A stretch of DNA of 64,000 nucleotides, from positions 72,268 to 136,267 of the forward strand of contig PBWH01000023.1 of NCBI GenBank assembly GCA_002727195.1, in the 5' to 3' direction. Shown here piece after piece: positions 39,241 through 49,212 of this stretch (the stretch's first letter is position 1; the number at the start of each line of letters is the position of its first letter). Origin of the DNA: Gemmatimonadota bacterium. Its GTDB lineage: Bacteria; Latescibacterota; UBA2968. Below the pieces are notes generated by a model. That model was not told the DNA's origin, did no database searches, and was given only the letters and a program-made list of their open reading frames with translations. A program made the position numbers and the translations under genes.

Positions 39241-40773
39241 TTGACATCGGGCGTGATCGCGTGCTATTTGTCCCGTGTCGACTCAACAACACTACGGAGC
39301 CAATTCGTGATAATATACAACGGCGGATCCTGCCAGCCTCTGGACCGGATCGTCCTCTTTCCTTTTGACGACCACAGCGTTCCGCTGCAAACCGGCCTGG
39401 ACCTGCAACTCATCCCGCACCGCACCTATCCTGCCAAACCCTCGCGGATCGTGGTGCCTCTGGGAGATCCCGGTACGCCCGACTCTCGGGCCGTCTGCTA
39501 CTACGGGACGGTGTGCCGGGTCGGGGAAGAGCTCTGGATGTGGTATCTGGGTCAGGACGATCGCGATGACACATGGTTTCAGCGGATTTGCTTCGCCAGG
39601 AGTACCGACGGGTATCACTGGGAGAAGCCGGACCTAGGTCTCGTATCGTACCACGGGGACACGCACAACAACCTGGTCGATCTGAATCAGGGCTCTCATC
39701 ACGTACAGGCCTGCGTTGTCTTCCACGACCCTGATGACCCCGACCCGAGCCGTCGGTTCAAGATGGCGTATCAATGCCGCCACTACAACAATCACTTCGC
39801 CGTCGCGTTCAGCGAAGACGGTCTGACGTGGCGAGATTCGGCGAATAATCCCGTTGGCCCCCATCTGGAGATGGCTGGCGGTGTTCGGCACAACGGGGTA
39901 TACGTGCTGTCCGGGCAGGGCGGCGCCCATCCGCGGCCGACTCGTCAGATGGTGAACCACATCTCGTACGATTTCGAGACCTGGTCCGAGGCCTTTCACA
40001 TCGGCTTGACGCGTGGGAACAGTCATCTCGATCCGCATGGAACGAACGTCGGACCGCAGGTCCACCTGGGGGTAGCGATGTGGGATCGTGGGAACGTGCT
40101 CCTGGGCGTCTACGGCCAGTGGAACGGTCACCACACGAATGACCGTCGCTTCACCCATATGGATCTCGGACTGACCGTCAGCAACGATGCTATACACCAC
40201 CGGGAGCCGATCCACGAGTTTCCGTTCGTGTCGGCGTCACAGGACGGTTGGTATCTGATGCCAGAGGGCAATCCCTCGATTAGCAAGTATCCGGCACTGA
40301 TCCAGGGGCAGGGATTCGAAAATGTCGGTGAGGAGACGCTGTTCTGGTATGGTCCCTGGCCGGAGCAGATCAGCGACGGTGTACGCGTGGCTGCGTGGAA
40401 ACGGGATCGATTGGGCTATTTTTGCGGGTATCTGAGACAAGGCTGGCAAGCAGACCTGTCTCATCATTTCGTGTCGGCACCGATTGACCTCCAGGGCAAA
40501 CCGGCTCGCGTCTCTATCAACGCGGAAGGTCTCGGTGATCACGGCCAGGTGTCCGTGGAAATCCTGGACGAGACGCTCCTGCCCGTCGAGGCATATGGGA
40601 GAGAGCAGGCGACGCCGATCGTCGCTGCGGGATTCGACCAGACCGCCGAGTGGGGTGCAGTACACGATGTCCGGATGGCCGGATCGGGCAAGGTCAGGCT
40701 GCGTGTTCATATCGAGGGCGTGCGACCCGAGGATGCCCGGGTCTATGCCGTGTATTTGGACGCGGTACAGTGA
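39241..40773 (+). CDS. five-bladed beta-propeller (GH32/GH43-like) protein with a C-terminal beta-sandwich, paralog 3
   Basis: ORF 39241..40773 (TTG). A better start may be GTG 39307, with GGAG 7 nt upstream. It contains ...WMWYLG...STDGYHW..., SEDGLTW, and a C-terminal jelly-roll-like region. Leaderless. Confidence 0.6.
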   Translation: MTSGVIACYLSRVDSTTLRSQFVIIYNGGSCQPLDRIVLFPFDDHSVPLQTGLDLQLIPHRTYPAKPSRIVVPLGDPGTPDSRAVCYYGTVCRVGEELWMWYLGQDDRDDTWFQRICFARSTDGYHWEKPDLGLVSYHGDTHNNLVDLNQGSHHVQACVVFHDPDDPDPSRRFKMAYQCRHYNNHFAVAFSEDGLTWRDSANNPVGPHLEMAGGVRHNGVYVLSGQGGAHPRPTRQMVNHISYDFETWSEAFHIGLTRGNSHLDPHGTNVGPQVHLGVAMWDRGNVLLGVYGQWNGHHTNDRRFTHMDLGLTVSNDAIHHREPIHEFPFVSASQDGWYLMPEGNPSISKYPALIQGQGFENVGEETLFWYGPWPEQISDGVRVAAWKRDRLGYFCGYLRQGWQADLSHHFVSAPIDLQGKPARVSINAEGLGDHGQVSVEILDETLLPVEAYGREQATPIVAAGFDQTAEWGAVHDVRMAGSGKVRLRVHIEGVRPEDARVYAVYLDAVQ

Positions 40774-40797
40774 ATCACGGATGACGTTAGACAAGGG

Positions 40798-41874
40798 ATG
40801 ATTGTGAACATTCTGGTGCTTCCAGGGGACGGGATAGGCGAAGAGATCGTATCGGCCACGATGTCGGTACTGAACGCGATTGACGAGGTTAAGCCGCTCG
40901 GGCTTCAATACGAGTTCGAGGACATCGGGTTCAAAGCGCTCGAGAAGACGGGAACAACCTTCCCCGATCCGGTACTGGAAAAGGCGAGGATGAGCGACGG
41001 CATCATCCTGGGCCCGATTTCGCACATGGATTACCCGGATCGTAACAAGGGCGGGGTCAACGTATCCGCTGCGGTGCGCGTGAAGCTGGACCTGTATGCG
41101 AACGTGCGGCCAGCGCGCACCCGGAAGGGTATACCGGGGATCGCGGGCGAGTTCGATCTGGTGATCATGCGGGAATGCACAGAAGGCTTCTACCCGGATC
41201 GGAACATGCACAAGGGAACGGGCGAATTCATGCCCGATGAGAACATGGCGTTGTCGGTTCGGAAGATCACGGCAGGTGCGTGCAACCGGATCGCCCGGCG
41301 AGCCTTCGAACTGGCTGAGACCCGACGTAAGAAGGTGACGGCGATCCACAAGGCGAACAACTTCATCCTTTCAGACGGTCTCTTTCTCCGTGAGGTAAGG
41401 AAGGTGGCGGAAGACTTTCCGGATGTGGAACTGGACGAGATGATCGTCGACGCGTCCGCCGCGATGCTGATTCGAGATCCGGCGCAGTTCGACGTGATCT
41501 GCGCGACGAATTTCCACGCGGATATTCTCTCGGATCTCGCATCCGAACTTTCCGGAAGCCTCGGGCTCGCGGGATCGGTCAACGCGGGCGATGATCTGTG
41601 CTGCGCGCAGGCTCAACACGGGTCGGCTCCCGATATCGCGGGCCAGGACAAGGCGAACCCGACGTCGCTGATCCTGTCGGCGGCGATGCTGCTCGATTGG
41701 CTGGCCGACCGTCACGGGAAGCTCGATCTCGCTGAAGCGTCCAGATGGATCAACGAGGCGGTCGATCACTGTTTGCTGACGGCAGAGACTCGGACGGCGG
41801 ATCTTGGTGGTGTCCTGGGGACCCAGGCATACGCCGATGCCGTGTGTCAGGCGATTCTGGGCGAAGGAGGGTAA
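40798..41874 (+). CDS. isocitrate/isopropylmalate dehydrogenase family oxidative decarboxylase (IMDH / tartrate-DH-like)
   Basis: 358-aa ORF. NILVLPGDGIGEEI...LYANVRPAR...VIMRECTEGFY...AIHKANN...GSLGLAGSVNAG...AQHGSAPDIAG is the family signature set. Confidence 0.85.
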   Translation: MIVNILVLPGDGIGEEIVSATMSVLNAIDEVKPLGLQYEFEDIGFKALEKTGTTFPDPVLEKARMSDGIILGPISHMDYPDRNKGGVNVSAAVRVKLDLYANVRPARTRKGIPGIAGEFDLVIMRECTEGFYPDRNMHKGTGEFMPDENMALSVRKITAGACNRIARRAFELAETRRKKVTAIHKANNFILSDGLFLREVRKVAEDFPDVELDEMIVDASAAMLIRDPAQFDVICATNFHADILSDLASELSGSLGLAGSVNAGDDLCCAQAQHGSAPDIAGQDKANPTSLILSAAMLLDWLADRHGKLDLAEASRWINEAVDHCLLTAETRTADLGGVLGTQAYADAVCQAILGEGG

Positions 41875-41878
41875 GGCG

Positions 41879-44710
41879 ATGCCAATCGAATATTCCGATC
41901 CCAAAGACTGGTCGCCGTGGGAACAGTTTCGTGAGCAAGTGGTGCATCCAGCGGGCACTATCAAGCGCGAAGACGTTGAACGCGCGCGTGAGAACATCGA
42001 TCGCCACGGGTGGGCGAAGACCTACGCGCAGGAACTGGAAGAGAAGGCGCAACGAATCGCGGCCAGGGTCGACGACGCCTACCTCCAGACGCTGATCGGG
42101 CTTACGACACCGGGCGCGTATGCCCCGTGTCCAGCCTGCCGGGCAAAGGGACTGCCCTGGCACCCGAACGGTCAATGGTCATGGGACCCGGACGAGCCGA
42201 ACCTCCTGACCTGCTCGTTCTGCAAGACGGTCTTCCCGAATGACGATCATCCGGAAGAGATCGCCATTCACTGCACTTGGGGGCGAGGTCAAACGTTCAC
42301 GTTCGTCGGAGGGGACACCTTCGAGTGCTTTGGGTATCTGAAGGCGCGACCGAGTCTTTCGGGCGTCACGCGGGCACGGAAGATCAGCCACATCACCTGG
42401 GAGCTGCAAGAGCTTTCCCTGGCCTACGCCCTGACCAGCGATGTCGCGTTTGCTCGAGCGGCCAGGGCGATCCTGCTTCGTTTCGCCGAGGTCTTTCCCG
42501 AGTATCTCGTCCGGGCGGGCTATGGCTATGGCGAATACGCCGGTATGGACCCGAAGGTGGCTGCCGAGCACATCGACAATCTGCCTGAAGACGAGCTCGT
42601 CTATCCGCCGAACGAACCGGATCGCAAGCTGTGGACCGGCTACTGGTCAGCCAGTCGGATGGGGTCGAACGGGATGGACGGCAGGTGGGTGGTCCGGGTG
42701 TCCGACGCCTACAGTCTGACCTGCCTGGCCGACGACGAGAATGGACCGGTGTATTCGGACGACGATCGCATTCGGGTGGAGCGGGATGTGATCCTCGAGG
42801 GCAGCTACCTGGCCGCGTGCGACATTTTGATCAACAACAAGGCGGTCGGAAATCGGGCCGGGGCCGGGGTGGCCGGACTCGTCACGGGACATCCGGGGCT
42901 GACCCATTTTGGTCTCGACGGGTTCGCGCGGGCGGTGGACGACTGGTTCCTGCCGGATGGCGGGAGCTCGGAGTCTCCGGCCTACGCCATGATGACGATG
43001 AACGGGATCCGTCCCTTCGCGTTCGCCTTCCGCGACTACACCGATCCAGAAGGCTACGATGGACCCCAGCGACTCGAGCATTGGAACGCGTGCCGGGACA
43101 CGCTGTATGGCGACTGCTGGCAGGATCTCGTCTGGACCCTCCAGGGCGACCTCCACTTTCCGCCATCGGCCGACTCGTATACCAGCACCACGATCAGTAC
43201 CTCTTTCGCCGATCTTCTGGCCCTTGCCTATGGGACGGACGATCATGTCGCCACGCTTCAAGAGATCCTTCAACGCAGCGAACAGGCCGATCATACGGCT
43301 GTTTTCTATCGAGACCCGGCTGTCGCGGAGAAGACGCCGGCGCCGGTGCATCTGCCTGATGTGCTTTTTCCTTACCTGAAGATGGGGCACCTGCGGACTG
43401 GTGATCGTGGGCGCGACAGTCTACTGCTCCTGAATGCGGCCGATCACGGCGTGCATCACCATTTTGACGGTCTGGGGCTGTATTACTGGAAGGACGGCCA
43501 CGAGTTGTTGTCGGACTTGGGCTATCTCTGGGATCACCAGGACAAGAACGAGACGATGCGTACGGCTGCGCACAACCTGGTGATGGTCGACGGCCAGAAT
43601 CAGAGCGGGCGCAATGAACGGACGGGTGCGTTCGATCTGTTTATGGTCACCCCGACGATCTCGGCTATGGAAGCGTCTTCCAATGCCTATGGTGAAGGGG
43701 TTTACAGGCGAACGTGTGTCCAGATCGACCACGGGCTGGCTGGGTCGTATGTGCTCGACATCTTCCGGGCCGGCTACGGGGCCCGCGCCGACTTCATTTT
43801 CCACGGGCCGCATCACGACTACAAGGTAGAGAACTTAGACCTGGCGGAAGCGGCTGATCCATCCGAACGCGTGTCGCTCAATGAAGACGGCCCTGATCTG
43901 ACCAAGCTGAAGTCAGGGCGAAGCGGTGAAAACTGGCAGTTCACCTGGTCGTGGGAAGACGGATACCAGTTCTGTGCACTCGTTCCAGGCACTGACAAGG
44001 AAGAGGTCTTTGTGGGAGATGGATGGGGGCAGCGCGACCACCGGAACTGCGATGTGGGTGCAACACTGCCGTATGTCATCCGTCGCGTCGAGGGCGATGG
44101 ACGTCCTGAGGCATTCGTATCGGCGTTCATTGGTGGCGAGGGTGATCAAACACTCTTGCGATCTCTAAGAGTACTGCCGGCCCCCGAGGGCGCACCGAGG
44201 GGAATGGTCGCGGTTGCCATCGAGACGGAACACGGTACCGATGTCGTCCTGTCCATGCTCGAGCCGACGACGGTAACCGTGTCGTCCGACCTTGGCGAAC
44301 TGACGGCGGACGGGAGGCTTGCCGTCATTCGGTCGGAGGGGGGCACGCCGGCGTCCGCCGTGCAGGTGGGGGGAACAGCGCTGTCGATTGGTGACGTGTC
44401 ACATGAATCCGATGGGGTCCTGTCGGGCACGGTCGTTGCGAACGGATCCCAAGCGGGTTCATCGTGGTTCGACCTCGACATCGAGGCCGGAAGGATGGAT
44501 GGGCTGACGGGGCAGGTTCTGTTCGCCATCGCAAAGGATGGTCCGCACGGGTATGAAATGCGCGAAATCCGGCCTCACGAGTCAGGTACGCGTGTCTTCA
44601 CGAAGATCGACAACGTGGGTTTTGAAGCCCGGCGAGCGGAGCGATTCGAGATTCCCGTTGTCTCCTCCTGGGAGAGCAGACAAGACTCGAAGGGCGGCGA
44701 AATTGGGTAA
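41879..44710 (+). CDS. heparinase II/III-like polysaccharide lyase-family protein (alpha-toroid + Hepar_II_III domain + C-terminal beta domains)
   Basis: ORF 41804..44710; the start is ATG 41879 behind GAAGGAGG. It contains ...ADHGVHHHFDGLGLYYWKDGHELLSDLGYLW...AAHNLVMVDGQNQ, typical of the Hepar_II_III domain. Leaderless. Stop is TAA. Confidence 0.75.
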   Translation: MPIEYSDPKDWSPWEQFREQVVHPAGTIKREDVERARENIDRHGWAKTYAQELEEKAQRIAARVDDAYLQTLIGLTTPGAYAPCPACRAKGLPWHPNGQWSWDPDEPNLLTCSFCKTVFPNDDHPEEIAIHCTWGRGQTFTFVGGDTFECFGYLKARPSLSGVTRARKISHITWELQELSLAYALTSDVAFARAARAILLRFAEVFPEYLVRAGYGYGEYAGMDPKVAAEHIDNLPEDELVYPPNEPDRKLWTGYWSASRMGSNGMDGRWVVRVSDAYSLTCLADDENGPVYSDDDRIRVERDVILEGSYLAACDILINNKAVGNRAGAGVAGLVTGHPGLTHFGLDGFARAVDDWFLPDGGSSESPAYAMMTMNGIRPFAFAFRDYTDPEGYDGPQRLEHWNACRDTLYGDCWQDLVWTLQGDLHFPPSADSYTSTTISTSFADLLALAYGTDDHVATLQEILQRSEQADHTAVFYRDPAVAEKTPAPVHLPDVLFPYLKMGHLRTGDRGRDSLLLLNAADHGVHHHFDGLGLYYWKDGHELLSDLGYLWDHQDKNETMRTAAHNLVMVDGQNQSGRNERTGAFDLFMVTPTISAMEASSNAYGEGVYRRTCVQIDHGLAGSYVLDIFRAGYGARADFIFHGPHHDYKVENLDLAEAADPSERVSLNEDGPDLTKLKSGRSGENWQFTWSWEDGYQFCALVPGTDKEEVFVGDGWGQRDHRNCDVGATLPYVIRRVEGDGRPEAFVSAFIGGEGDQTLLRSLRVLPAPEGAPRGMVAVAIETEHGTDVVLSMLEPTTVTVSSDLGELTADGRLAVIRSEGGTPASAVQVGGTALSIGDVSHESDGVLSGTVVANGSQAGSSWFDLDIEAGRMDGLTGQVLFAIAKDGPHGYEMREIRPHESGTRVFTKIDNVGFEARRAERFEIPVVSSWESRQDSKGGEIG

Positions 44711-44779
44711 TCGTTAAGATTCTCAGGGATACCGAGCTGGTGGGCTGGGGAGAAGCGACGCTCGAAGGCAAGGAGCGGA

Positions 44780-44954
44780 CGTGTCCTCGGGCGTCAACCA
44801 GGATGAGCTGGTAGTCTTCTGTCAGCGCCTCTACATATCCATAGTATCGCCAGTCTGAAAGCGTTCTGGAAAAGCCGTGCTGCAGGAGGATCGGCGGTTC
44901 GTTTCGCACGACCTCATAGTGAATTCGGACCGTGCCGTTTAGTGCGAATGGCAT
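44780..44954 (-). pseudogene. alpha/beta-hydrolase N-terminal fragment (3'-truncated)
   Basis: MPFALNGTVRIHYEVVRNEPPILLQHGFSRTLSDWRYYGYVEALTEDYQLILVDARGH is a typical abhydrolase start up to the DxRGHG motif. Sense is lost after that, and the frame runs into the convergent heparinase-like gene. Confidence 0.6.
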
Positions 44955-45294
44955 CGTACTCTGGGGCTAGTCGAGACTACCCTGGATACGAGCCCGGTTC
45001 CGATGATCATAGCTGGTGGGCCCTGGCGGCGTGTGGGTAGCCGAACCCTTCCCGTCTAGCGGACGTTCTCTGGCTGTATGAATTCGCAGGCCATCTGTGA
45101 CTGCCCTCCCGTGGCGGTCTATCATATGTGGGCACGCATTGAGACTGCGATACGAGTTTACCGGAGAGGAGGCGGCGAAGTCAAGCTGCAGCACGTGACA
45201 CGCATGCACAAGCCTCGTAGGTAACCTGTGTGCACATTCGTTCGGCTACAGGGGAGGAATCGGGTGAGAGGAAGACAATGGAGGGGTCTAAAAG

Positions 45295-45999
45295 ATGAGT
45301 GATCGCAAGAAGCTGCTGGTGACCGGCTCGGCGGGCGAGGTCGGGACGGTGGTTGTCCGAGGGCTGAAGGATCGCTACGAAGTCAGAGGCTTCGACTGTA
45401 ATCCGACGCCTGACTTGGTGGATACCGTCCAAGCAGATCTGTCCGATAACGATGCGCTGGCCAGGGCTTCGGAAGGAATGGACGCGGTCATACACCTGGC
45501 CGCTGTGCCCACTGGCGCGGCGCCCTGGGAGGACATCCTCGAGCAGAACATTGTGGGAACATACAACCTTATGGAAGCCGCAAGACAGAATAGCGTCCCC
45601 CGCGTTGTTCTGGCGAGCCGTGCAGGTCTGCTCGCGCCGTATCCAGAAAACATCAGGCGAACGATCGATCTCACTCCACGACCAAAGAGCTACTATTCGG
45701 TGAGCAAATTGTTCGCTGAGCAGCTGGGGTACATGTATGCCGCCCAATTCGATATGGCGGTCGTGTGCGTGAGGATCGGGAATTTACATCTGGACCGACC
45801 TGAGCCGTCACATCCTCATCATCTCGGCCACGACGATTGCGCCCAGGTGTTCGAGAAATCGGTGACCTGCCCGGATGTGGCGTATGAGGTCGTGTTCGGC
45901 GTGTCAGGCAGCCACATCCCGATGTATGACCTCGAGCACGGGAGGAAGGCGATCGGATACTTCCCGGAGCAGGGATTCGATGCTGATCAGGAGAGCTGA
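45295..45999 (+). CDS. NAD-dependent epimerase/dehydratase-family SDR (uronate-dehydrogenase-like)
   Basis: 234-aa ORF. LLVTGSAGEVGTVV (GxxGxxG) and YSVSK (YxxxK) are present. Size and layout resemble Udh-type enzymes. The Udh assignment is tentative. Confidence 0.65.
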   Translation: MSDRKKLLVTGSAGEVGTVVVRGLKDRYEVRGFDCNPTPDLVDTVQADLSDNDALARASEGMDAVIHLAAVPTGAAPWEDILEQNIVGTYNLMEAARQNSVPRVVLASRAGLLAPYPENIRRTIDLTPRPKSYYSVSKLFAEQLGYMYAAQFDMAVVCVRIGNLHLDRPEPSHPHHLGHDDCAQVFEKSVTCPDVAYEVVFGVSGSHIPMYDLEHGRKAIGYFPEQGFDADQES

Positions 46000-46000
46000 A

Positions 46001-47320
46001 TCAGTCGGGCCTGGTTGGATCGGTTCGGTTCAGATATTCCTCGACATTTGTGTAGCCGTCACCGTCGTGGTCTAGGCCGCTCTGTAGTGACAGGTCGCCG
46101 TTCTCGCTGTGTTCGCGTTCCCACGTATCGGGCATTCCGTCGGCATCGCTGTCTTCAGGGGGCTGAGTGGACAGCAACTGAGGCCACCCCTCGACCTGGG
46201 TCTGGCTGGAAATGATTCCGTTGCCGAACGTGGTCTGGCCCGACCGGACCTCCTGAATGATCCGCTGATCAAGTGGGTCCCGCCGTGGCAGGCTCGCGCC
46301 GGCTGTCCGCAAAACGTCGGCGAATACGTCTTCGGCCGACCGCGTGACTATCGGCCCGTATTCAGCAGGCTCATCGACCATCACAGACTGGGCGGAAAGG
46401 TCAGACGCATCGATCACGATCATTCCGGCTGTCTTCCTTCCCGATCGATTCTCGAACACGTTTCCTGCGATATACCACTTGCCGAAGGTACCGTTGTGGA
46501 GTGACTGCATCTTCACGATGTGCAGACCTTCCCGCGAAGCCGGGCCTTCCTTGTAGTAGTTGTTGACGACGTTGATGCTGTGCGGCCGACCGTCCAGCGT
46601 CCGGTTCTCCCAGTTGAAGATGACGTTGTTCCGGAAGTCGAGGTTGATCGAGGGATCTTTCTCGTCTCCGCCGGCGATGCTCGGATTCCGTCCCGCATTG
46701 TTCGCGAACAGGTTGTGGTGGTATGACGTGTTGACGCCGCCGAGTGACGCGGCGAATCCGTGGCCTTTGCGAACGTTGGAGTCGTGGAGGGACTCCGAGA
46801 TCAGGGACCACTGTATGGTGATGTTTTCGGTTCCGTGATAGGTGTTGATGGCTTCATCTAGCGTCCAGCTTACGGAGCAGTGGTCGACGATGACATTCCG
46901 TGCATCTCGAACACCGATGCCGTCTACCTTCCGACCACCCTCATCACCGAGGCGCACACGAAGGTAGCGGACCACTGTGTCGTCCGCGGAGATGATCAGG
47001 GCGCAGTTTCGCAGGCAGATGCCATCGCCTGGCGTGGTCTGACCGGCAATGGTGATCCGCGGATGGACGATCTTGAGATCCGACTCGAGCTGGATCGTTC
47101 CGGATACGCTGAAGACCACGGTCCTTGGACCTTCTGTCTCTATCGCTGCTCGCATGCTTCCCGGTCCACTGTCGTTCAGGTTCGTGACGAACAGGACCTT
47201 TCCGCCCCGGCCTCCCAGAGCGTAGCGGCCATATCCTTCAGCGCTTGGGAATGCGAGCTGCTGGGACTGCGTAGCTGATGTGGAGAGAAGGGCATAGATC
47301 AGAAGTGCGAGAGAGGTCAT
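46001..47320 (-). CDS. secreted pectate lyase (PL1-like right-handed beta-helix) with a C-terminal acidic Ca-binding (thrombospondin-3-like) tail
   Basis: ORF 46001..47347; the likely start is ATG 47320 (signal peptide MTSLALLIYALLSTSATQ). AFPSAEGYGRYALGGRGGKV..., ...DGIGVRDARNVIVDHCSVSW... and the tail DSDADGMPDTWE...DHDGDGYTNVEEY are present. Confidence 0.8.
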   Translation of the reverse strand: MTSLALLIYALLSTSATQSQQLAFPSAEGYGRYALGGRGGKVLFVTNLNDSGPGSMRAAIETEGPRTVVFSVSGTIQLESDLKIVHPRITIAGQTTPGDGICLRNCALIISADDTVVRYLRVRLGDEGGRKVDGIGVRDARNVIVDHCSVSWTLDEAINTYHGTENITIQWSLISESLHDSNVRKGHGFAASLGGVNTSYHHNLFANNAGRNPSIAGGDEKDPSINLDFRNNVIFNWENRTLDGRPHSINVVNNYYKEGPASREGLHIVKMQSLHNGTFGKWYIAGNVFENRSGRKTAGMIVIDASDLSAQSVMVDEPAEYGPIVTRSAEDVFADVLRTAGASLPRRDPLDQRIIQEVRSGQTTFGNGIISSQTQVEGWPQLLSTQPPEDSDADGMPDTWEREHSENGDLSLQSGLDHDGDGYTNVEEYLNRTDPTRPD

Positions 47321-47362
47321 AAGATGTCCAGGTATCGTGGCGCCCACAACAGAAGCCAGCGT

Positions 47363-48233
47363 CTACTTCTCTGCGAGACTGGCGATGGCTTCGCGAAGGT
47401 CATCGACAAATCGTGGCCGTCGGGCGTGGTAGAACGCACGGAGTGTCTCCTCGTCCAGGCTTTGCGTGTGGAGCGTATCTGTGGCCAGGGGTTGGTCTCG
47501 CAGATACGCCTCACACGCGGCCAGGGCGGCTTCCGCCTCAGCTTGGTTAGATTCCGAGGGTGTGTTTCGATAGGCACGCAACCGGAAGTAGGCCGCGACC
47601 CATAGCGGTTTATCCTAGCCCGCTGTCTCGCCTCCTCGAAGTATCCCGTGTATTCCAGGTAATGCTCTGGTGACGTGGCGGATCGGAAGGGAGCGATCTC
47701 TACCAGGCTTTGCGCGGCCAGTCGCTCCGCCATCCGCTTTTCTGCGACACTTGCCGAAACGGCCTCGTCGCCTCCTGCTTTTAGAAGACTGTCGATTCGG
47801 GCAAACTCCGGATCATCCGACCAGATGGCCGATGAATGATGGATCAAATGGCTGTCGGTGTAACGGATGCAGGGAGCCAGCGTGCCCGTCCAAAATCCGA
47901 GCGTTTAGCTGTTGGCGCAGGTCATGTCGAAGGTCCGCTTGTAGCCCTCTATTGCGATTGCTGCGACTTTGGCATCGCCGTAATACGGCTTGAAGAAGGC
48001 ATCCCACAGCGGATCGATGTCGGTATCGGGATCACCGATGAGGTGGTTGCAGACGAACAGGTTGAACTCACGTGCGGTACCCTGGTTTGTCGAGAAACCG
48101 TCGTCGATCCGGGGAACGACACCTACCAGCCCGAGGTCACGAGCGCGTTGGATTTCCCGCTGGTAGTACGTGGGGCAAGCAGGATCGACCTCCGGTTTCC
48201 GCCTGTTTCGTTGTAGAGGTCGAGCTTGAGGAT
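47363..48233 (-). pseudogene. unidentified enzyme remnant (in-frame TAA and at least 2 frameshifts)
   Basis: The long conserved-looking frame ...CPTYYQREIQRARDLGLVGVVPRIDDGF...DPLWDAFFKPYYGD...FDMTCANS is followed by TAA (47905-47907). It continues TLGFWTGT...SAIWSDDPEFARIDSLL.... It then shifts near 47590 to ...AEAALAACEAYLRDQ...DDLREAIASLAEK (ORF 47363..47581). A possible start at ATG 48296 would require another TAG (48234) and another shift. The family was not recognised. Confidence 0.45.
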
Positions 48234-48339
48234 CTATTTGCGTATGTCGAAATGTGAACTGGCCTGAAGGAGCACCCCGACCAGCCAGGCGATCATCCTG
48301 TTCTTTGTAAACCTCAATTGCCTGAACCTGTTTGCGCGG

Positions 48340-49212
48340 TCATTGCAGCTTCTCCCAGCGCGCCAACACCTGACGCGCTCGATCGACAACGGGCTTGTCG
48401 ACCATCTTGCCGTCGTGGATGAAGACGCCCTGCCCTTCATGTTCGTATGTGGCCGCGGCTTCGACCAACAATCGATACGCCGCGATTTCCTCTTCCTTGG
48501 GTGTGAACCCTTCGTTGAGAATGTCGACCTGACGGGGATGAATGCAGAAGCCGCCAGAAAAGCCGAGCGAGGCCGCCTTCTGTATCCAGGCTCGGAACGT
48601 GTCGGGGTCGTCGTAGACGGCGATGGACCCCGGATAGCCAATCGGGACGACACCCGCTTCACGCGCGGCGTAGAGGATTTGCATGTTCGGGAAGTATAAC
48701 GCGTTTTCAGTGACCTGCCCGCCAATTTCTGTGGCGAGATCCTCCATCCCGATACCCATCGCAGCGAGTCGTCCCGTTGACTGAGCGATCTCGCGGGCAT
48801 TCAGGACACCGGCAGCAGATTCGATCTGGGCGATCAGCCGGATGCCCCCTAACTGCAGACCCCGGTCTGACTCCAGGGCAGTAACCCGCTCATCGATCGA
48901 CAATAGTGAATCCGCGGAATCGACCTTGGGTATCGTGAGTGCAGCGGTGGCGTGTGTGACCGCGGCCTCGAGATCCTGTTCCAACAGGTCTGGATGCGTG
49001 TTCACTCGAACGGCCCCGACGCGACCTGCTGCGGAAATCCTCTGGATATCCTCTGCGGCTGAAGCCCTCGCATCCGCCTTCCCGTTGGGCGCAATCGCAT
49101 CCTCCAGGTCGATTTGGAGGACGTCCGCGGGTCCACGGATCGCGCTGTCCAGGTATCGCGCGTTACCGGCGGGGACGAACAACAGGGATCGACAGACATC
49201 CGTGTCAAACAT
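48340..49212 (-). CDS. HpcH/HpaI aldolase / citrate-lyase beta-subunit (CitE)-like acyl-CoA lyase family protein
   Basis: 290-aa ORF. RSLLFVPAGNARYL...DLEDAIAP...IPKVDSA...IAQIESAAGV...GMEDL... follows the CitE/HpcH motif order. Confidence 0.8.
   Translation of the reverse strand: MFDTDVCRSLLFVPAGNARYLDSAIRGPADVLQIDLEDAIAPNGKADARASAAEDIQRISAAGRVGAVRVNTHPDLLEQDLEAAVTHATAALTIPKVDSADSLLSIDERVTALESDRGLQLGGIRLIAQIESAAGVLNAREIAQSTGRLAAMGIGMEDLATEIGGQVTENALYFPNMQILYAAREAGVVPIGYPGSIAVYDDPDTFRAWIQKAASLGFSGGFCIHPRQVDILNEGFTPKEEEIAAYRLLVEAAATYEHEGQGVFIHDGKMVDKPVVDRARQVLARWEKLQ

Noticed and set aside
40237-41349. 370-aa ORF on the minus strand
   Set aside because: It is antisense to the end of the propeller gene and to the IMDH-family gene. 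It has no recognisable motifs and an Arg/His-rich composition.
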